A DNA stretch of 64,000 bases from Candidatus Latescibacterota bacterium (GTDB lineage: Bacteria; Latescibacterota; UBA2968). The stretch is taken from assembly GCA_965205975.1 (NCBI GenBank), contig OZ242195.1, positions 4,736,001 to 4,800,000 on the forward strand, written 5' to 3'. The position numbers were made by a program, and so were the translations under genes. Of the stretch, positions 49,242 to 60,500 are shown piece by piece. Position 1 is the stretch's first letter. Each line of letters starts with the position of its first letter. The notes under the pieces are model-generated. The model did no database searches, had not been told where the DNA came from, and was given only the letters and a program-made list of their open reading frames with translations.

Positions 49242-50153
49242 TCACCCGTCCATATACGCTGTTGTGCGCGGGAAAAATGTATCCACTTTTTCGTTGTACG
49301 GTTCGCTGAAGAGCGTTTGTCTGAGGGGGGGCATGGATTCGATGAGTTTTTCAGGGGGCAACCACGAATGCCATCGGCTGGCGACGATGTTGTAGAGGTT
49401 GAATACGGCGAGGCGATTGTTTTCGGTGTTGGTCCAGGGATGTGCGCTGTGCGTGATTGCTTCGGTGAAGAACAATAGCGATCCGGGGGGACAGTCGTAG
49501 GTTTCCCACATGGTTGATTCGGGGTCGCGGACGGTTTCGGGTGCTGGATAAGCGGCTTTGTGGCTGCCCGGTACAAATAATGTGCTGCCCTGGCCTTTTT
49601 TGACGGGGTTAAATTCCCATACGACGCGCGTTAGTCCGCTCCAGGCTTTGCCGGGGATGCACCGGTAAAAGTGGGAGTCCCAGGGCATGCGAAACAGGCC
49701 ATTGCCATTATGTGGACTAAATCTTCCGGGTGTTTCGGCATCGCGGTAGAACAGGTGGGATGTTTCCAGTCTGAATCCATATCGCTCGTCGTTGGCGAGG
49801 GGCGGATATGCCACGAATTCATTCATAAATCCGACGATAACGGGGTGATCGGCTAATTTTTGCAGTGGTCCGCCAAGCGGACAGCGTTCGTGTTCGGGTA
49901 TGCTTTCGGGGTCTTTGGCCAATCGCTCGGCAAAGGCCCGCATTTCGTCGCATTCGTCTTTTGAGAGTACGCCGGGGATTAAGAGCCACCCATTGCGATC
50001 AAAGTCGTATTTTTGTTTTTCCGTTGGCAAGACTACGCGCAGACCATCCGCATTTTTTGGCGTGAGGTCTCTGGCGGATATCGCCATCGGGCTGCCCATG
50101 TTTTTGTTGATTACAAAGGGTTCCGACCGGACGATTTTTTTTGTTTTTGGCAT
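49242..50153 (-). CDS. PhyH-family protein, HxG variant (paralog of 48325..49224)
   Basis: FDRNGWL, PHNG, VPGSHKA, PPGSLLFFTEAITH motifs. Confidence 0.8.
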   Translation of the reverse strand: MPKTKKIVRSEPFVINKNMGSPMAISARDLTPKNADGLRVVLPTEKQKYDFDRNGWLLIPGVLSKDECDEMRAFAERLAKDPESIPEHERCPLGGPLQKLADHPVIVGFMNEFVAYPPLANDERYGFRLETSHLFYRDAETPGRFSPHNGNGLFRMPWDSHFYRCIPGKAWSGLTRVVWEFNPVKKGQGSTLFVPGSHKAAYPAPETVRDPESTMWETYDCPPGSLLFFTEAITHSAHPWTNTENNRLAVFNLYNIVASRWHSWLPPEKLIESMPPLRQTLFSEPYNEKVDTFFPRTTAYMDG

Positions 50154-50176
50154 AAGAGCCTCCTTTTTTAAATGCG

Positions 50177-50338
50177 CGAATCTACGAATCAGCGAATCAA
50201 CGAAACAGGGTACAACTGATTCGGGATAGTTCATCAATGTAGGGGCGGTGCCCCTGTGCCCGCCCGTTGGGTGGTAGGGCGGGGTTCGTCTATTCGTCTA
50301 TTCGTCTATTCGTCTATTCGTCTATTCGTCTATTCGTC
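50177..50338. repeat. Opposed octamer arrays enclosing a REP palindrome
   Basis: (CGAATCNN)3 at 50177, REP GTAGGGGCGGTGCCCCTGTGCCCGCCC at 50239, (TTCGTCTA)6 at 50285. Confidence 0.8.
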
Positions 50339-52325
50339 ATTCAATCACCACGATCTGATTCATTTCAATCTTTGGCACGGTAAATGATACGCGCCCGTCC
50401 GCTACTGCAAATTCGATATCCTCATTTTCGGGGGCGAGATATACGCGAGATATGTCGCGGTCCGCTTTAAGGGAGACTGCGATGTCGTATAGTGGGATAA
50501 TGTCTTCTATTACATTTGTGTCGCCCCGTTTGATGGGGTTGGCGTACATGAGATGCAGGATTAGCCGGTTTTCTTCCTGTGGTTGGCGGGTTAGATTTAC
50601 GCGCCCGCACGATGGCAGGCCGACCTGCAATAAGGGGTCGTCGTAGAGCAGGTCAATGCAATTTTTTACCAGGTCGCGGTGCAATTGCATGCCCTGGTCG
50701 TCATAGACTCTGAAGATGGGTTGGGCGATGTGGATGATGTTGCCTTTGCGTATGACAGAGGGCCAACCCGCGTCGCCTTCATAAGGGGTGTTTCGATGGG
50801 AGCAGAATTTTCCGTATGTGCGGTTAAAATACGGTTTCCACGCAGCTGCGAGTATTTCGCCGTCTGTCACTTTTGTGGTTACGCCGGATTCATAGACGAG
50901 GAATGGGGTGCGTACCATGTTTTTGGCAATGGTATCGCCGACGACTACGTATTCTATATCATTGGGCGAGGGTCCGGTATATTCCGCGCCGATGTTATAC
51001 GCAAAACTATTTCCCGCGGGGTCCAGGCCGCTTTCGCCGGACGATAATAATTTTCCGCCATTTGCCAGAAAGGCGTCGATTTTTGCTTTTAGTGCGTTAT
51101 CCACGCGCACGCTGTCTGGTAGAATTAATAGCTGGTAGGGGGATAGGTCCATTGTTTCGTCGAGCATTAAGAATGGGATGTGGTTTTCCATGAGCATAAG
51201 TCCGGCGCCGACTTCGCTGTCTTCCAGGTCTCTGTCTTTGTGTATTCCCGAGGGTGCGAGGATCGCCACATCTACTACGTGTTCGGCACCTTCCAGCCAG
51301 GGTTCGCGTTCTTCAACGCGTTTGTACGCTTCGCCAATGATGCGATAGGTTTCTTCGTCCATTTCACCTTCTGGATGGAGTTGATCGCCTACCATACAGC
51401 GGCAATTTAATGAGATGATTTGTCCTACTTCGTATTCCAGTGCGACTGGATTTTTGAAGCCGCCAAATTCACCCCACATGCGATGGAATTTGCCTGTTTG
51501 TGCGATTGCGTTGCAGTCGGGCAGATTTGTGAAGTAGCGCGCGTTTGTCGGGAAGTGGTTGTATCCCCACATGCCGGTTGGCAGGGATTCGATTTCGTGA
51601 TGCGACCAGTAGGGGTAGAGGTCGTGGCGTCCCTTTTTGTCGCTTCCGTTGTGATAAATTGTGGCGTCGGAATTTCGGCTCCAGATGATGTCCGTGGTTT
51701 TGGACAGATAGTCTTTGTACACAGCTTGTGAGTGGATAACCCGATCGCCAGCGTTATCGGGATCGAGTCCTTTTTTATGCATGCTGGCGATACACCAGTC
51801 ACATGTGCATATTTCTTCTCCGGTTATGTCCAGGAAGATGCCAGAGGGGTTGTACATGTCCATTACTTCTGTCAATACGGGCAAGACACTCGCGTCCAGA
51901 TAGGGTGTGTTGCAACACAGGCGATACCATCCGCCGTGTGGCAGTGGGGTATGGGAGTGCATGGTGGGTCGTCCCACATAGCCCCCATCGGGTCGCCTGA
52001 CGCGCCATTCGGGGTGTTCGCGGGCGGCTTTTTCCTGCCATTGTACGGTGATATAGACGGGCATGTTGATGTCGGCTTTTTTGGCTGCTGCGAGCATGCG
52101 TCCAACCAGGTCGGTTTGCAGGTTGGGATGCTCCATATCCGTGTTTGTGGGGTAATAACACCAGCCGTGATGGCATTGTGCGAAGATGGTTATGGAATTG
52201 ACATGTCCCTTTTTTAGGGCGCCGATGAACTGGTCTTCGTCAAATTTCCCACCGACATTTGGACAGTGTTCAGAGGTGTGAAAGTCCAGGTGTACCTGTC
52301 TGTAGCGGAGTTTGGCGTTTTTCAT
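50337..52325 (-). CDS. Glycoside hydrolase-like protein (GHL6 + beta-galactosidase trimerisation-like domain)
   Basis: RQVHLDFHTS, CHHGW.YYPT, ESLP...WGY, GKFH..WGEFGG motifs; start at MKNAK. Confidence 0.75.
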   Translation of the reverse strand: MKNAKLRYRQVHLDFHTSEHCPNVGGKFDEDQFIGALKKGHVNSITIFAQCHHGWCYYPTNTDMEHPNLQTDLVGRMLAAAKKADINMPVYITVQWQEKAAREHPEWRVRRPDGGYVGRPTMHSHTPLPHGGWYRLCCNTPYLDASVLPVLTEVMDMYNPSGIFLDITGEEICTCDWCIASMHKKGLDPDNAGDRVIHSQAVYKDYLSKTTDIIWSRNSDATIYHNGSDKKGRHDLYPYWSHHEIESLPTGMWGYNHFPTNARYFTNLPDCNAIAQTGKFHRMWGEFGGFKNPVALEYEVGQIISLNCRCMVGDQLHPEGEMDEETYRIIGEAYKRVEEREPWLEGAEHVVDVAILAPSGIHKDRDLEDSEVGAGLMLMENHIPFLMLDETMDLSPYQLLILPDSVRVDNALKAKIDAFLANGGKLLSSGESGLDPAGNSFAYNIGAEYTGPSPNDIEYVVVGDTIAKNMVRTPFLVYESGVTTKVTDGEILAAAWKPYFNRTYGKFCSHRNTPYEGDAGWPSVIRKGNIIHIAQPIFRVYDDQGMQLHRDLVKNCIDLLYDDPLLQVGLPSCGRVNLTRQPQEENRLILHLMYANPIKRGDTNVIEDIIPLYDIAVSLKADRDISRVYLAPENEDIEFAVADGRVSFTVPKIEMNQIVVIE

Positions 52326-53788
52326 TGTTTTTCCTTTGCGGTATTGGCATCTATCGTTTGCAGTAATGCGTTCATCTGTTTGCGCGTTTGAGGTATGTTG
52401 TCGCTGTTGAAGATTTGTTGTTCTATTTCGTCTGTCAGGCCCGCTTTTTCGCGTTCTTCTTGTAGCAAGGCTTTCATTTCGGATACTGTTGAGGCGTATT
52501 CGGGGTCTTCGGATACGTCCCGGGTTTCGCTGGGGTCTTTTTGGGTGTCGAAGAGCTGGTAGTGGTCGTAGTTGTGGTTGTACCAGATTAGTTTGAAATT
52601 TTTGGTGCGTACGCCACAATTTGCCAGTTCGCCGTCGGGATGGATGTCGAAGTGCTGGTAGTAGAACGCGGTTCGCCAATCTTCTGGTGTGTGTCCTCTC
52701 AAGAGGGATACCAGACTTCTTCCCTGGATGTCTGTGGGGATGGGCTGCCCGGCGTATTCCAAAAAGGTCGGTGCATAGTCGAGGTTGATGACCATGTCAT
52801 TTGTGTGGGTTCCCGCTGCGATTTCTCTGGGGTACCGGATTAAGAATGGAACCCGCAGGCTTTCTTCGTACATCATTTTTTTATCTACCCAGCCGTGTTC
52901 GCCCTGAAACATCCCGTTGTCTGAGGTATATGCTACAACTGTATTTTCGACGAGGTTTTGTTCGTCGAGGTAGTCGAGAAGCCGTCCGATATTATCATCT
53001 ATCGATGCCACACAGCGGAGGTAGTCTTTGATGAAGTACTGGTAGTTTCTGCGTTTTTGCTGCTGCATAGACAATCCTTCGGGCATGGCGTCCCAGTGCG
53101 TGATATTCCATTGTTCGTGTACGGTTTCGAGCTTGACTTGCAATGCTTCGGGAGGGACGGGGCTGTCTCCAAAATTGTGGTCAAATGTCTCTGGTTCGGG
53201 GATTGTTTCGTCCTGGTACATGGTTTTGTGTTTTTCATCCGGCTCCCAGTTGTAGTGGGGGGATTTAAAGTGACACAGGAGCATAAAGGGTTTTTCGGAG
53301 TCTCGTCCTTTGAGCCAGTCCAGGCATTTGTCGGTTACCAGGTCCGTCGAATATCCCCGGCTTTCTTTCCATACGGGACCGTGTTCGCCTGGTTCGATAA
53401 ATCTGGGATCAAAATAAGAGCCCTGGTTCCACATGACGCTGTAGTGATCAAATCCCGTTGGTATGCTGTGGAGGTGCCATTTTCCGATGATTGCGGTTTG
53501 ATATCCCGCGTCCTGTAATAGGCGGGGGAATGTCTGTTGTGTGCCGTCAAAGATATTTCCACCGATTGATGTTTGCCCGTGGAGATGTGCGTATTTTCCG
53601 GTTAAGATGGAGGCGCGGCTGGGCGAGCACAAGGAGTAGGTTACGTAACAATTGTCCAGGCGCATCCCTCCGTGGGCAATGCGGTCCATGTTGGGGGTGT
53701 GGTTGATCTGGCTGCCGTAGCAACTCAGGGCACCGGTTCCATGGTCGTCTGTCATGATGTAGAGGATGTTGGGGCGTTTGTCTGGCAT
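52322..53788 (-). CDS. Sulfatase (GlcNAc-6-sulfatase-like)
   Basis: PNILYIMTDD, CSPSRASILTG, GKWHL, MYEESLRVP motifs. Confidence 0.92.
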   Translation of the reverse strand: MPDKRPNILYIMTDDHGTGALSCYGSQINHTPNMDRIAHGGMRLDNCYVTYSLCSPSRASILTGKYAHLHGQTSIGGNIFDGTQQTFPRLLQDAGYQTAIIGKWHLHSIPTGFDHYSVMWNQGSYFDPRFIEPGEHGPVWKESRGYSTDLVTDKCLDWLKGRDSEKPFMLLCHFKSPHYNWEPDEKHKTMYQDETIPEPETFDHNFGDSPVPPEALQVKLETVHEQWNITHWDAMPEGLSMQQQKRRNYQYFIKDYLRCVASIDDNIGRLLDYLDEQNLVENTVVAYTSDNGMFQGEHGWVDKKMMYEESLRVPFLIRYPREIAAGTHTNDMVINLDYAPTFLEYAGQPIPTDIQGRSLVSLLRGHTPEDWRTAFYYQHFDIHPDGELANCGVRTKNFKLIWYNHNYDHYQLFDTQKDPSETRDVSEDPEYASTVSEMKALLQEEREKAGLTDEIEQQIFNSDNIPQTRKQMNALLQTIDANTAKEKQ

Positions 53789-53789
53789 T

Positions 53790-54737
53790 TTATTTCCTTT
53801 TTATCCGAATGTCGTCTTCTGTCAATGTTCGGCCCAGGGCACTGTCCCAGTTCATGCTTTCTTTTTCGGGCGTTGTTTGTACGGTTCCGGGCATTCCGCA
53901 GATGTACATCTCAGTTGTGCCCCAGTGCTTCGTTTCTTCGTCTATCCTTTGCCTGTTCCTGGTATTGGTGTGCTGAATGGTCGCTTTCATATAGTGTACG
54001 ATATAGGCACGCCGAAATCGGTCGGATCTGTTGGGTGTGCTGCGGTGAAATAGGGCGTTGTTGAAAAATACGAGTGCGCCTTTTGGCACTTCTACTGGTG
54101 TTGCCCGTTTTTCCATTTCGTCGGATACGGTCAATCTTTTTTGCAATAAATACTCATCGCTTTCGACCTGGCTGTGATCTACTACGCCCAGGCGGTGGCT
54201 GCCGGGGATTACCCATAAACATCCGTTTTCTTCGTCTGCATCATCCAGTGCCAGCCAGGTTCCTATGGAGGCTTGCTCTATGGCGTCGCCTATGCTGCTG
54301 ACATACGTGTTTCGGAAGTACCATGAGTCCTGGTGCCACGCGATGGGCCGCCCGGTGCCCGGGGGTTTGAAGAAGTACAGGTCGTTGGGACAAAATAAAT
54401 CCGATCCTGCGACCTGTGTGACTGCTTCCAGTCGCTTTGGGTCGCGGATGTGGGATCGCACCAGTGCGCTGAATCTGTGAAGTCGCGTTATACCGTTTAA
54501 CGATGCAGGTCCAGAATCCGCTTCGGTTCCGATGTTGCGTTTCAGGATTGCTTGTTTCTGTTTTTCTGGCAATACGTCTGAGGTCTCGATGAGTTCTACG
54601 AGGTCTTCGATTCTGTCTCGCAGGGCGTCGATTTCGCAAGTGTCGAAGGCTTTTGGTCGGATGAAGAATCCGTCTTTTGCGTAAGCTTCGCGTTCTTCCG
54701 CGGTTAAGCCATGTGTTCTGGTGTCAACTGTTGCCAT
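53790..54737 (-). CDS. PhyH-family dioxygenase (HxD)
   Basis: KPPG...WHQD, WLALDD...NGCL.VIPGSH, HRS.PN.S..FRR motifs. Confidence 0.9.
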   Translation of the reverse strand: MATVDTRTHGLTAEEREAYAKDGFFIRPKAFDTCEIDALRDRIEDLVELIETSDVLPEKQKQAILKRNIGTEADSGPASLNGITRLHRFSALVRSHIRDPKRLEAVTQVAGSDLFCPNDLYFFKPPGTGRPIAWHQDSWYFRNTYVSSIGDAIEQASIGTWLALDDADEENGCLWVIPGSHRLGVVDHSQVESDEYLLQKRLTVSDEMEKRATPVEVPKGALVFFNNALFHRSTPNRSDRFRRAYIVHYMKATIQHTNTRNRQRIDEETKHWGTTEMYICGMPGTVQTTPEKESMNWDSALGRTLTEDDIRIKRK

Positions 54738-54749
54738 TAAATGTCTCCT

Positions 54750-56720
54750 CTAAAATCCGTGTACCAGGTGTCCCTGTCCAAAGAAGAAGATGCTGTCTAT
54801 TACGCAGGATGCAAATGTCGCTATGGCATATCCGATTAGCAGGCCGATGAAGAATGGTTGTCCTTTTCTGTAGAGGCGCACGCCACCTATTTTGAGTATG
54901 GTCGCTTTGTAGATCCAGATGAGAAATACCGAGAATACGGTTTTCTGCGCCATATAGGTTCCCTGTAGCATGAGGGCTACGGGATGGAGGGGCAGGTGTA
55001 CGAAGCGGTATTTCAAATAGGTGAGTACGGCTGTGATCAATACGCCAGACCCCATGAATAACATGCGCTCTACATCGGGTGCTTCCGGGTTGCGGATCCA
55101 GGTTACGGATGCGTCGTAGGACCGCTGTGGTCCGATCAACAGGTTCCACGCGGCTCTGAGGTTGAAGCCGCCGCCGGAATAGCCCATGTATATGGCATGG
55201 AGTATCGCAAATGTCGCGCCGGCTACTACGGCGAGTACGATTACGCCAAATAGACGCCCCCGCTCGACGCGCAGCGGTGTGGTCAATTTTAGCATTTGCG
55301 CGATTGGAGGTCCCAGAAATCCCCGGGTTTTTCCGAACATGGCCCAGAGATAGCCCTGGCATGTCAATGTGGATGCGGTTACTGTTTGCCCACCCATGAT
55401 GTGGAGCGGTGTCCAGGTTATTGAGTGGTAGGCTATATCTCCATAAGGCAGTCCCAGTTCTGCGGCGAATCGTGCCATTCCGATATAGGCGACTGCGGTG
55501 AAAAACAGGTACAGGACGACGACCCGGATTTCCATTCCGGCCGCGTGTAGCCACGCTACCATGTACAGCAGGGATGCTATGAGGGCGATTAGTGCCGCGC
55601 GGTAGGACATCACTTCTCGAGAATCATCTACGTCGGAAGCATTTTTGAAGACTTTTCGAAAGACGGTTTTCAGATGTCCTCGCGCCATCCACAGTCCGAA
55701 CATGACATAGGCGCATAGTACTCCGAAATTTTGTGACCGTACGGCTTCGCCACCTCCGTGCCCTGCCGCGATTCCCAGGCGGTCGAAGGTCGAGACTTCA
55801 ATTTCTGTGAAGAGAAAGAATAACCAGAAGCTGAACAGGGTTTCGACTCGTGCAAAATAGGCAAAGCCTATGACGTAAATGCTGATTTGTACCCAGAAGG
55901 GTTTGGCGCCTTCCAGCCAACGGAACCACTGGCCTTCGGTGTGCGTGGTTGGCAGTCCCGGTATTAAGGGGTAAAAGTACGAGATGATGTTCCAGAATAC
56001 TGCAAATATTCCGACCCAGAAACCAACGCGGAAGAGCGGTTGGTTGAGCAGGGAGGGCATTCCCCCATTGCGCTTATCTACCTGAGCCACCTGCATACCC
56101 ACTTCCATGAGCGGGAATTCCAGGCGTTCGTTTTCTACCCACTGTTTTCGCAGTATTACCATGAGGCAGAGGGCCACGCATGCCGCTGCGGCCACAAAGG
56201 TCATCCACCAGAATACAGGTACAGCCCAGGATCCCCAGGGTATGTGCTGGCCCGGAGGCAGGCCGTCGTAGAAATGGGTCACGGCTTTGTCTTCGTTGTT
56301 CATGACCAGCCAGGAGACCATGTTGGGGTGCAGTAGTTCTGCCCAGCCGTTTTCCGGGGTGGCAAAATAATAGGGCGCGGCAATGGTGCCGACGACGTAG
56401 GAGGCCAGGCCATAGAATGGGAATAGGGATCCGATCAGTCCCATGCCCAGGGCTACGCATAGTTGTCCCCGGTTTAATGCCCACCGCGGTTTTACCCATC
56501 TGAGTAGCAGGTTGGTACCTACCAGTACTACAAATGGGAAGAACAGGCCCATCGGAAATAGGGCTTTGTTGTTCTTCGACGCCCTCAAGATTACGGTGGA
56601 CCAGTTGATGTAGTAGTCCGATGCGACAATTAATAGCAGGCCCGCGACTACGACTTTCCACGATATCAGTTTTGGTTCAGTCGCTGGATGTATTGCTGCT
56701 TGAGCAGAAGAAAGAGCCAA
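54750..56720 (-). CDS. DUF6785/DUF6784-like polytopic membrane protein (putative transporter)
   Basis: Many hydrophobic segments; ATPENGW, LRKQWVENERLEFPL, PLHPV, PFFIGL motifs. Confidence 0.72.
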   Translation of the reverse strand: MALSSAQAAIHPATEPKLISWKVVVAGLLLIVASDYYINWSTVILRASKNNKALFPMGLFFPFVVLVGTNLLLRWVKPRWALNRGQLCVALGMGLIGSLFPFYGLASYVVGTIAAPYYFATPENGWAELLHPNMVSWLVMNNEDKAVTHFYDGLPPGQHIPWGSWAVPVFWWMTFVAAAACVALCLMVILRKQWVENERLEFPLMEVGMQVAQVDKRNGGMPSLLNQPLFRVGFWVGIFAVFWNIISYFYPLIPGLPTTHTEGQWFRWLEGAKPFWVQISIYVIGFAYFARVETLFSFWLFFLFTEIEVSTFDRLGIAAGHGGGEAVRSQNFGVLCAYVMFGLWMARGHLKTVFRKVFKNASDVDDSREVMSYRAALIALIASLLYMVAWLHAAGMEIRVVVLYLFFTAVAYIGMARFAAELGLPYGDIAYHSITWTPLHIMGGQTVTASTLTCQGYLWAMFGKTRGFLGPPIAQMLKLTTPLRVERGRLFGVIVLAVVAGATFAILHAIYMGYSGGGFNLRAAWNLLIGPQRSYDASVTWIRNPEAPDVERMLFMGSGVLITAVLTYLKYRFVHLPLHPVALMLQGTYMAQKTVFSVFLIWIYKATILKIGGVRLYRKGQPFFIGLLIGYAIATFASCVIDSIFFFGQGHLVHGF

Positions 56721-56733
56721 TTGAGATCTCCAT

Positions 56734-57471
56734 TTACCACCGACTTCGCAGTGCCAGGCGGGGCATGTCGCGCACGTTATTGGTGGCGGCGTGGACGCAG
56801 AAATGGGCGAAGAATAGTATGTCGCCGCATTTTGGTTCCAGTTCTACGGGGCCGCCGATATCGATGGTGTGCAGGTCCTGTTTTAACTGCCACATGTATT
56901 CGTATTTTTCGGGGTCGGACTCTGCCAGTGTGCGAATGGGTTTGTGGGATCCGGGCCACGCGACTGTTCCCCCGCCGTGTTTTTCGATGTCGTTGAGATA
57001 TATGATGGAGTTGATGATGAATGGGCCGGGGAGTGTTTTGTGCATTTTGGCTTTTACACCACCGTCAAAATGCGCCCCTTGCCACGTCCATTCTTCATCT
57101 GAGGGAAAGATGTTTTGTATGAGTGTGCCAGTTGGTGGATGAAAGAGATCTGCACTTTCGCCGGTTAATTGCGCCATTGCTGCCATCATTTCGGGTGTGT
57201 AACAGGCGAGGAGGTCGGGGTGTTGGTTGCCGAAGTGTTGGAATAATTTCGATCGGGGTTTGAATCCGGCCTGTAGCGTGGATGCAATCGCTTCGTCTGA
57301 ATAGTTGTTCCAGGTTTCCGGGGCGTGAGGGTCCATGCCCATGACTTCCCACATTGTGGCTTCGCCCGTGCGTGCAATAGCCTCGGGAATCAATCCCGAG
57401 GCCAGCAAAAAACCGTCTCGATGGTACTGGTCAATCTGATTTTCTGTTAGTGGGAGTGTTTCAACGGCCAT
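56734..57471 (-). CDS. PhyH-family dioxygenase (HxD)
   Basis: DGFL, AHFD, YLND...GGGT.AWPGSH, GD.LF....H motifs. Confidence 0.85.
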   Translation of the reverse strand: MAVETLPLTENQIDQYHRDGFLLASGLIPEAIARTGEATMWEVMGMDPHAPETWNNYSDEAIASTLQAGFKPRSKLFQHFGNQHPDLLACYTPEMMAAMAQLTGESADLFHPPTGTLIQNIFPSDEEWTWQGAHFDGGVKAKMHKTLPGPFIINSIIYLNDIEKHGGGTVAWPGSHKPIRTLAESDPEKYEYMWQLKQDLHTIDIGGPVELEPKCGDILFFAHFCVHAATNNVRDMPRLALRSRW

Positions 57472-57528
57472 TGCGTTTCCTTTCTTTTTCTGGGTTATCA
57501 ATATAAAAAATGACGGGTAATTGTCCAA

Positions 57529-60500
57529 CTATCCCCTGCACAGGGGTTCAAAGAGGACGGGGTCGCCAATTACGTAATCGACGGCCTGTACCCAGGTGCC
57601 GGGGGATAGGTTCTGGAGTTTGTTGTTGTTCGGGTCAAGGTAGATGGTGGTGCGTATTTTTCCGGGGGGCCAGGTGCCCGCGTTTTGGGCGTTTGCTATG
57701 ACGGCCCAGTCGCCGCTGATTTCGGTTTGGAGTCGCGTGCCGTGGAGGTTGCCGGATTTTGCCATGATGTGAAAGCCGAGGTCGATTTTGTTGTTTTCAA
57801 TGGCGATGATTTTTGCGCGTCCCAGGATGGAGGTGACGTCGAGGGTGAGACGGTGGATGTGGGCGTCGAGTTGTTTGGCAGCTTCGATGCGGTAGCTGTG
57901 TGCGCGGCCATCCGGGTTGATGGTGATGCGGTCGCCTGCGGCGATGCCTTCCAGGCCCTCGATGTCGATGGTGCAGGTGTCCCGGTTGAGGGCGATGATT
58001 CGGCCGGTTTGTCGTGCGTGGGGATTTGTGAGGGTTTTTTCCGCATTTTGAAAGGCGGTTGCACCCATGGTGGAGATTTGACCGTCTGCGACGACTGCGA
58101 GGGCACCTGTGAGGGCGACGCCGTTTTCGAATTGGGTTTTGTCATTCGGGCTGGCATTCGGTGCCCAGTACAGGGCGATTTGTTTGCCCTGTGCGGTGGT
58201 GAGGTGGATGCCCGCGGCTGTGGGGTTGTTCGACGGTATGGCGATGGTTCTGGCGATGGTGGGGTTGCCGATGTGGGGTTCAAAGACGAGGTCGATGCAG
58301 GTGGTGTCGTTTTGGGGCGTGCGACGCCAGAGCAGGGGATGGTAGAGGTAGTTGGATTCTTCGGGTTTGCCCATGGCCTGTGCCGCACGGGCGTTGACGA
58401 CCCGGGTGTTTGGAGAGGTGTTGAGTTGGTGGAGGCCCAGGTGTACGGCAGGTTCGATTTGCGATTGCCAGGTGCCCCGGAAGGTCGGTGGTGCCTGGGC
58501 GGTTGTTACGCTGTCCATGTAGGCGAGGGCGGTGTGGTCTGGATGGGACAGGTTGTCTGTTTGGGTGCGCTGGATGTCTGGACCGGCGACTGTGCCAGGT
58601 TGGGGTTTGAGATCCACATTGTCGGTTTGGTATATGCCTTCCAGACCGCGGCAGGTGCGCCAGTGTTCGGTGCCGCCCGCGATGCGCGAGAGGTCGAGGA
58701 GGGCAATGCCTTCGCCATCGGTTTCGATCAGGGCGACGAGGCGGCGGAAGGTGATATCGAGTTTGCGCCATCCGCCCGATGGGTCGAGTGCCCAGCGGGT
58801 AGCTTCGATGTCGAGGATCTGGATGCCGTCGGTGAAGAGGGCGCGTACGAGGCGGCCACGGCCCGCGCTGGTGGGTTCGCCGGGTGGCAGGTCTGCCCAA
58901 ATGGTGTTGTGGGTCGCCCAATGGGCTTCCCAGAGCGATGTGCTTGCCCAGGATTGGGGGTAGCCGAGGTCTGTGAGAAAGGGGCGGTCAAAGGCGAAGA
59001 GTTGGACGTCCAGGAGGTCTCGGTGGCGGTGGTGCATGGTGTCGCCATAGGCTATGCCCACGGCGGCCCGTTCGGGGGCTTCAGGTGTGCGCAAGATGGC
59101 GATGCCGACGCTGTCGAGGATGGTTGGTCCGAGTGCGCGGTGCTGTTTGTTCTGTACGGCGGATTGGATTTCTCTGAGGTGTGGGTCGCTGGTGAAGGCT
59201 ATGGCGCGTTCCAGTACGCTGGGGTTCATGGGTGCGTGAAAGAGGTCGTTTTCCAGGCGGATTGAGTCTTCTGTCTGGATGCTGGCAGAACCGGGGGCGG
59301 AGCCGTCGCCGAATTGGAAGTAGGATTTTCCGATCATTGTGATTTCGCACAGTGCCCGGGGGACGCGCGCGCCTCGCGGGTCTTTGAATAGCGAGGGGTA
59401 CAGGGATTCCGGGTAGGCTTCGGGGTGCTGGGTGCGGAGGTTGCGGAGGTCGTATTCCAGGTCGAAGAGGCCGTCGCTGTGGATGGCGTTGTACCCGCCC
59501 GTGGATTCCTGGGGTGTGCCGTCGGGCAAGAAGTCGTTGGTGGTGAAGACGCGCAGGGTGTCGGGTCCTTCGTCATAGACCCAATCCATGACGTCCTGGG
59601 CGTCAGCGCGGTCCAGGCAGCGCAAGAGGATGAGCGCGCCCTGACTTTCGCGCGGCAGGTTGCTGCCTGCACCCCGGTCCAGGGTGACCTGCAGGAGGGC
59701 GGCGAGCATTTCTTCGATGAACAGACAGGTGTCTTCGGGGCTTTGCAGGGATAGGCCGAATGCCCGGGCGCGTTCGACGAGTTGTGTGTCTTCTTTCAGG
59801 AAGGGCCAGGCTGTGTCATAGGCCAGGGCGAGGCTTTCGATGAGGTAGGGGGTGTCGATGCTGTAGCGGATGCTGCCTTTTCTGCTCAGGGCGGCAACGG
59901 GGTCGGTTTCTTCCGCCCAGTCCGGTTGTCCCCATTCCCAGGGTTCTTCTACGCTTTTTGAGGGTCCATAGCGGAACTGGGGGACCGAGGCGAGATAGAC
60001 TTCTTCTGTGGCGTAGCGCAGGAGCATGAGGCCGAGTTTGCGCGTGCGTTCTTCGTCGCGGTCGCCAGCGCGCAGGCTGTCTGTGAGTGCGTTGATGCCG
60101 GCGTGATAGGCGCGGCACTGGTCGCGGTGATAGGTGGCGGCAAAGAGGTAGATGTGGCCCTCTGCGTCGAAGTAGCCGTATCCGTCGTCGGCGTGTTGGC
60201 CTGATATATAGTCTTCTTTTGTAAGGTCATTGCTGGGATAGACGAAGGCGCAGTGGGGGCATTTCGATTTGAAATCACAGGGCAGGTGATTGCGTTCCCA
60301 GGGATAGAAGCCGCTGTATTTGAAGATGGCGGTTCCGCAGTTTGGACAGCCCTGATGGCAGTTGGCAAAGTGCGCTTTGGGTAGTTCCGCGGGCGGTAGT
60401 TGCGACCAGAGGACATGGTCGGGTTGGGATGACCAATAGGCGAGGGTTTCTTGGTTGAGGTGTTCTGATTTGGGGTCGTTTTGTAGCGTTTGTCGGGTTT

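Noticed and set aside
50285..50338. Tandem repeats as a CRISPR array
   Set aside because: Units are 8 bp with no spacers, and no cas genes are in the window
57685..59265. 526 aa plus-strand ORF and similar long overlapping ORFs (e.g. 34911..36032, 34700..35590, 25420..26064)
   Set aside because: Antisense shadows of well-supported genes with no recognisable motifs
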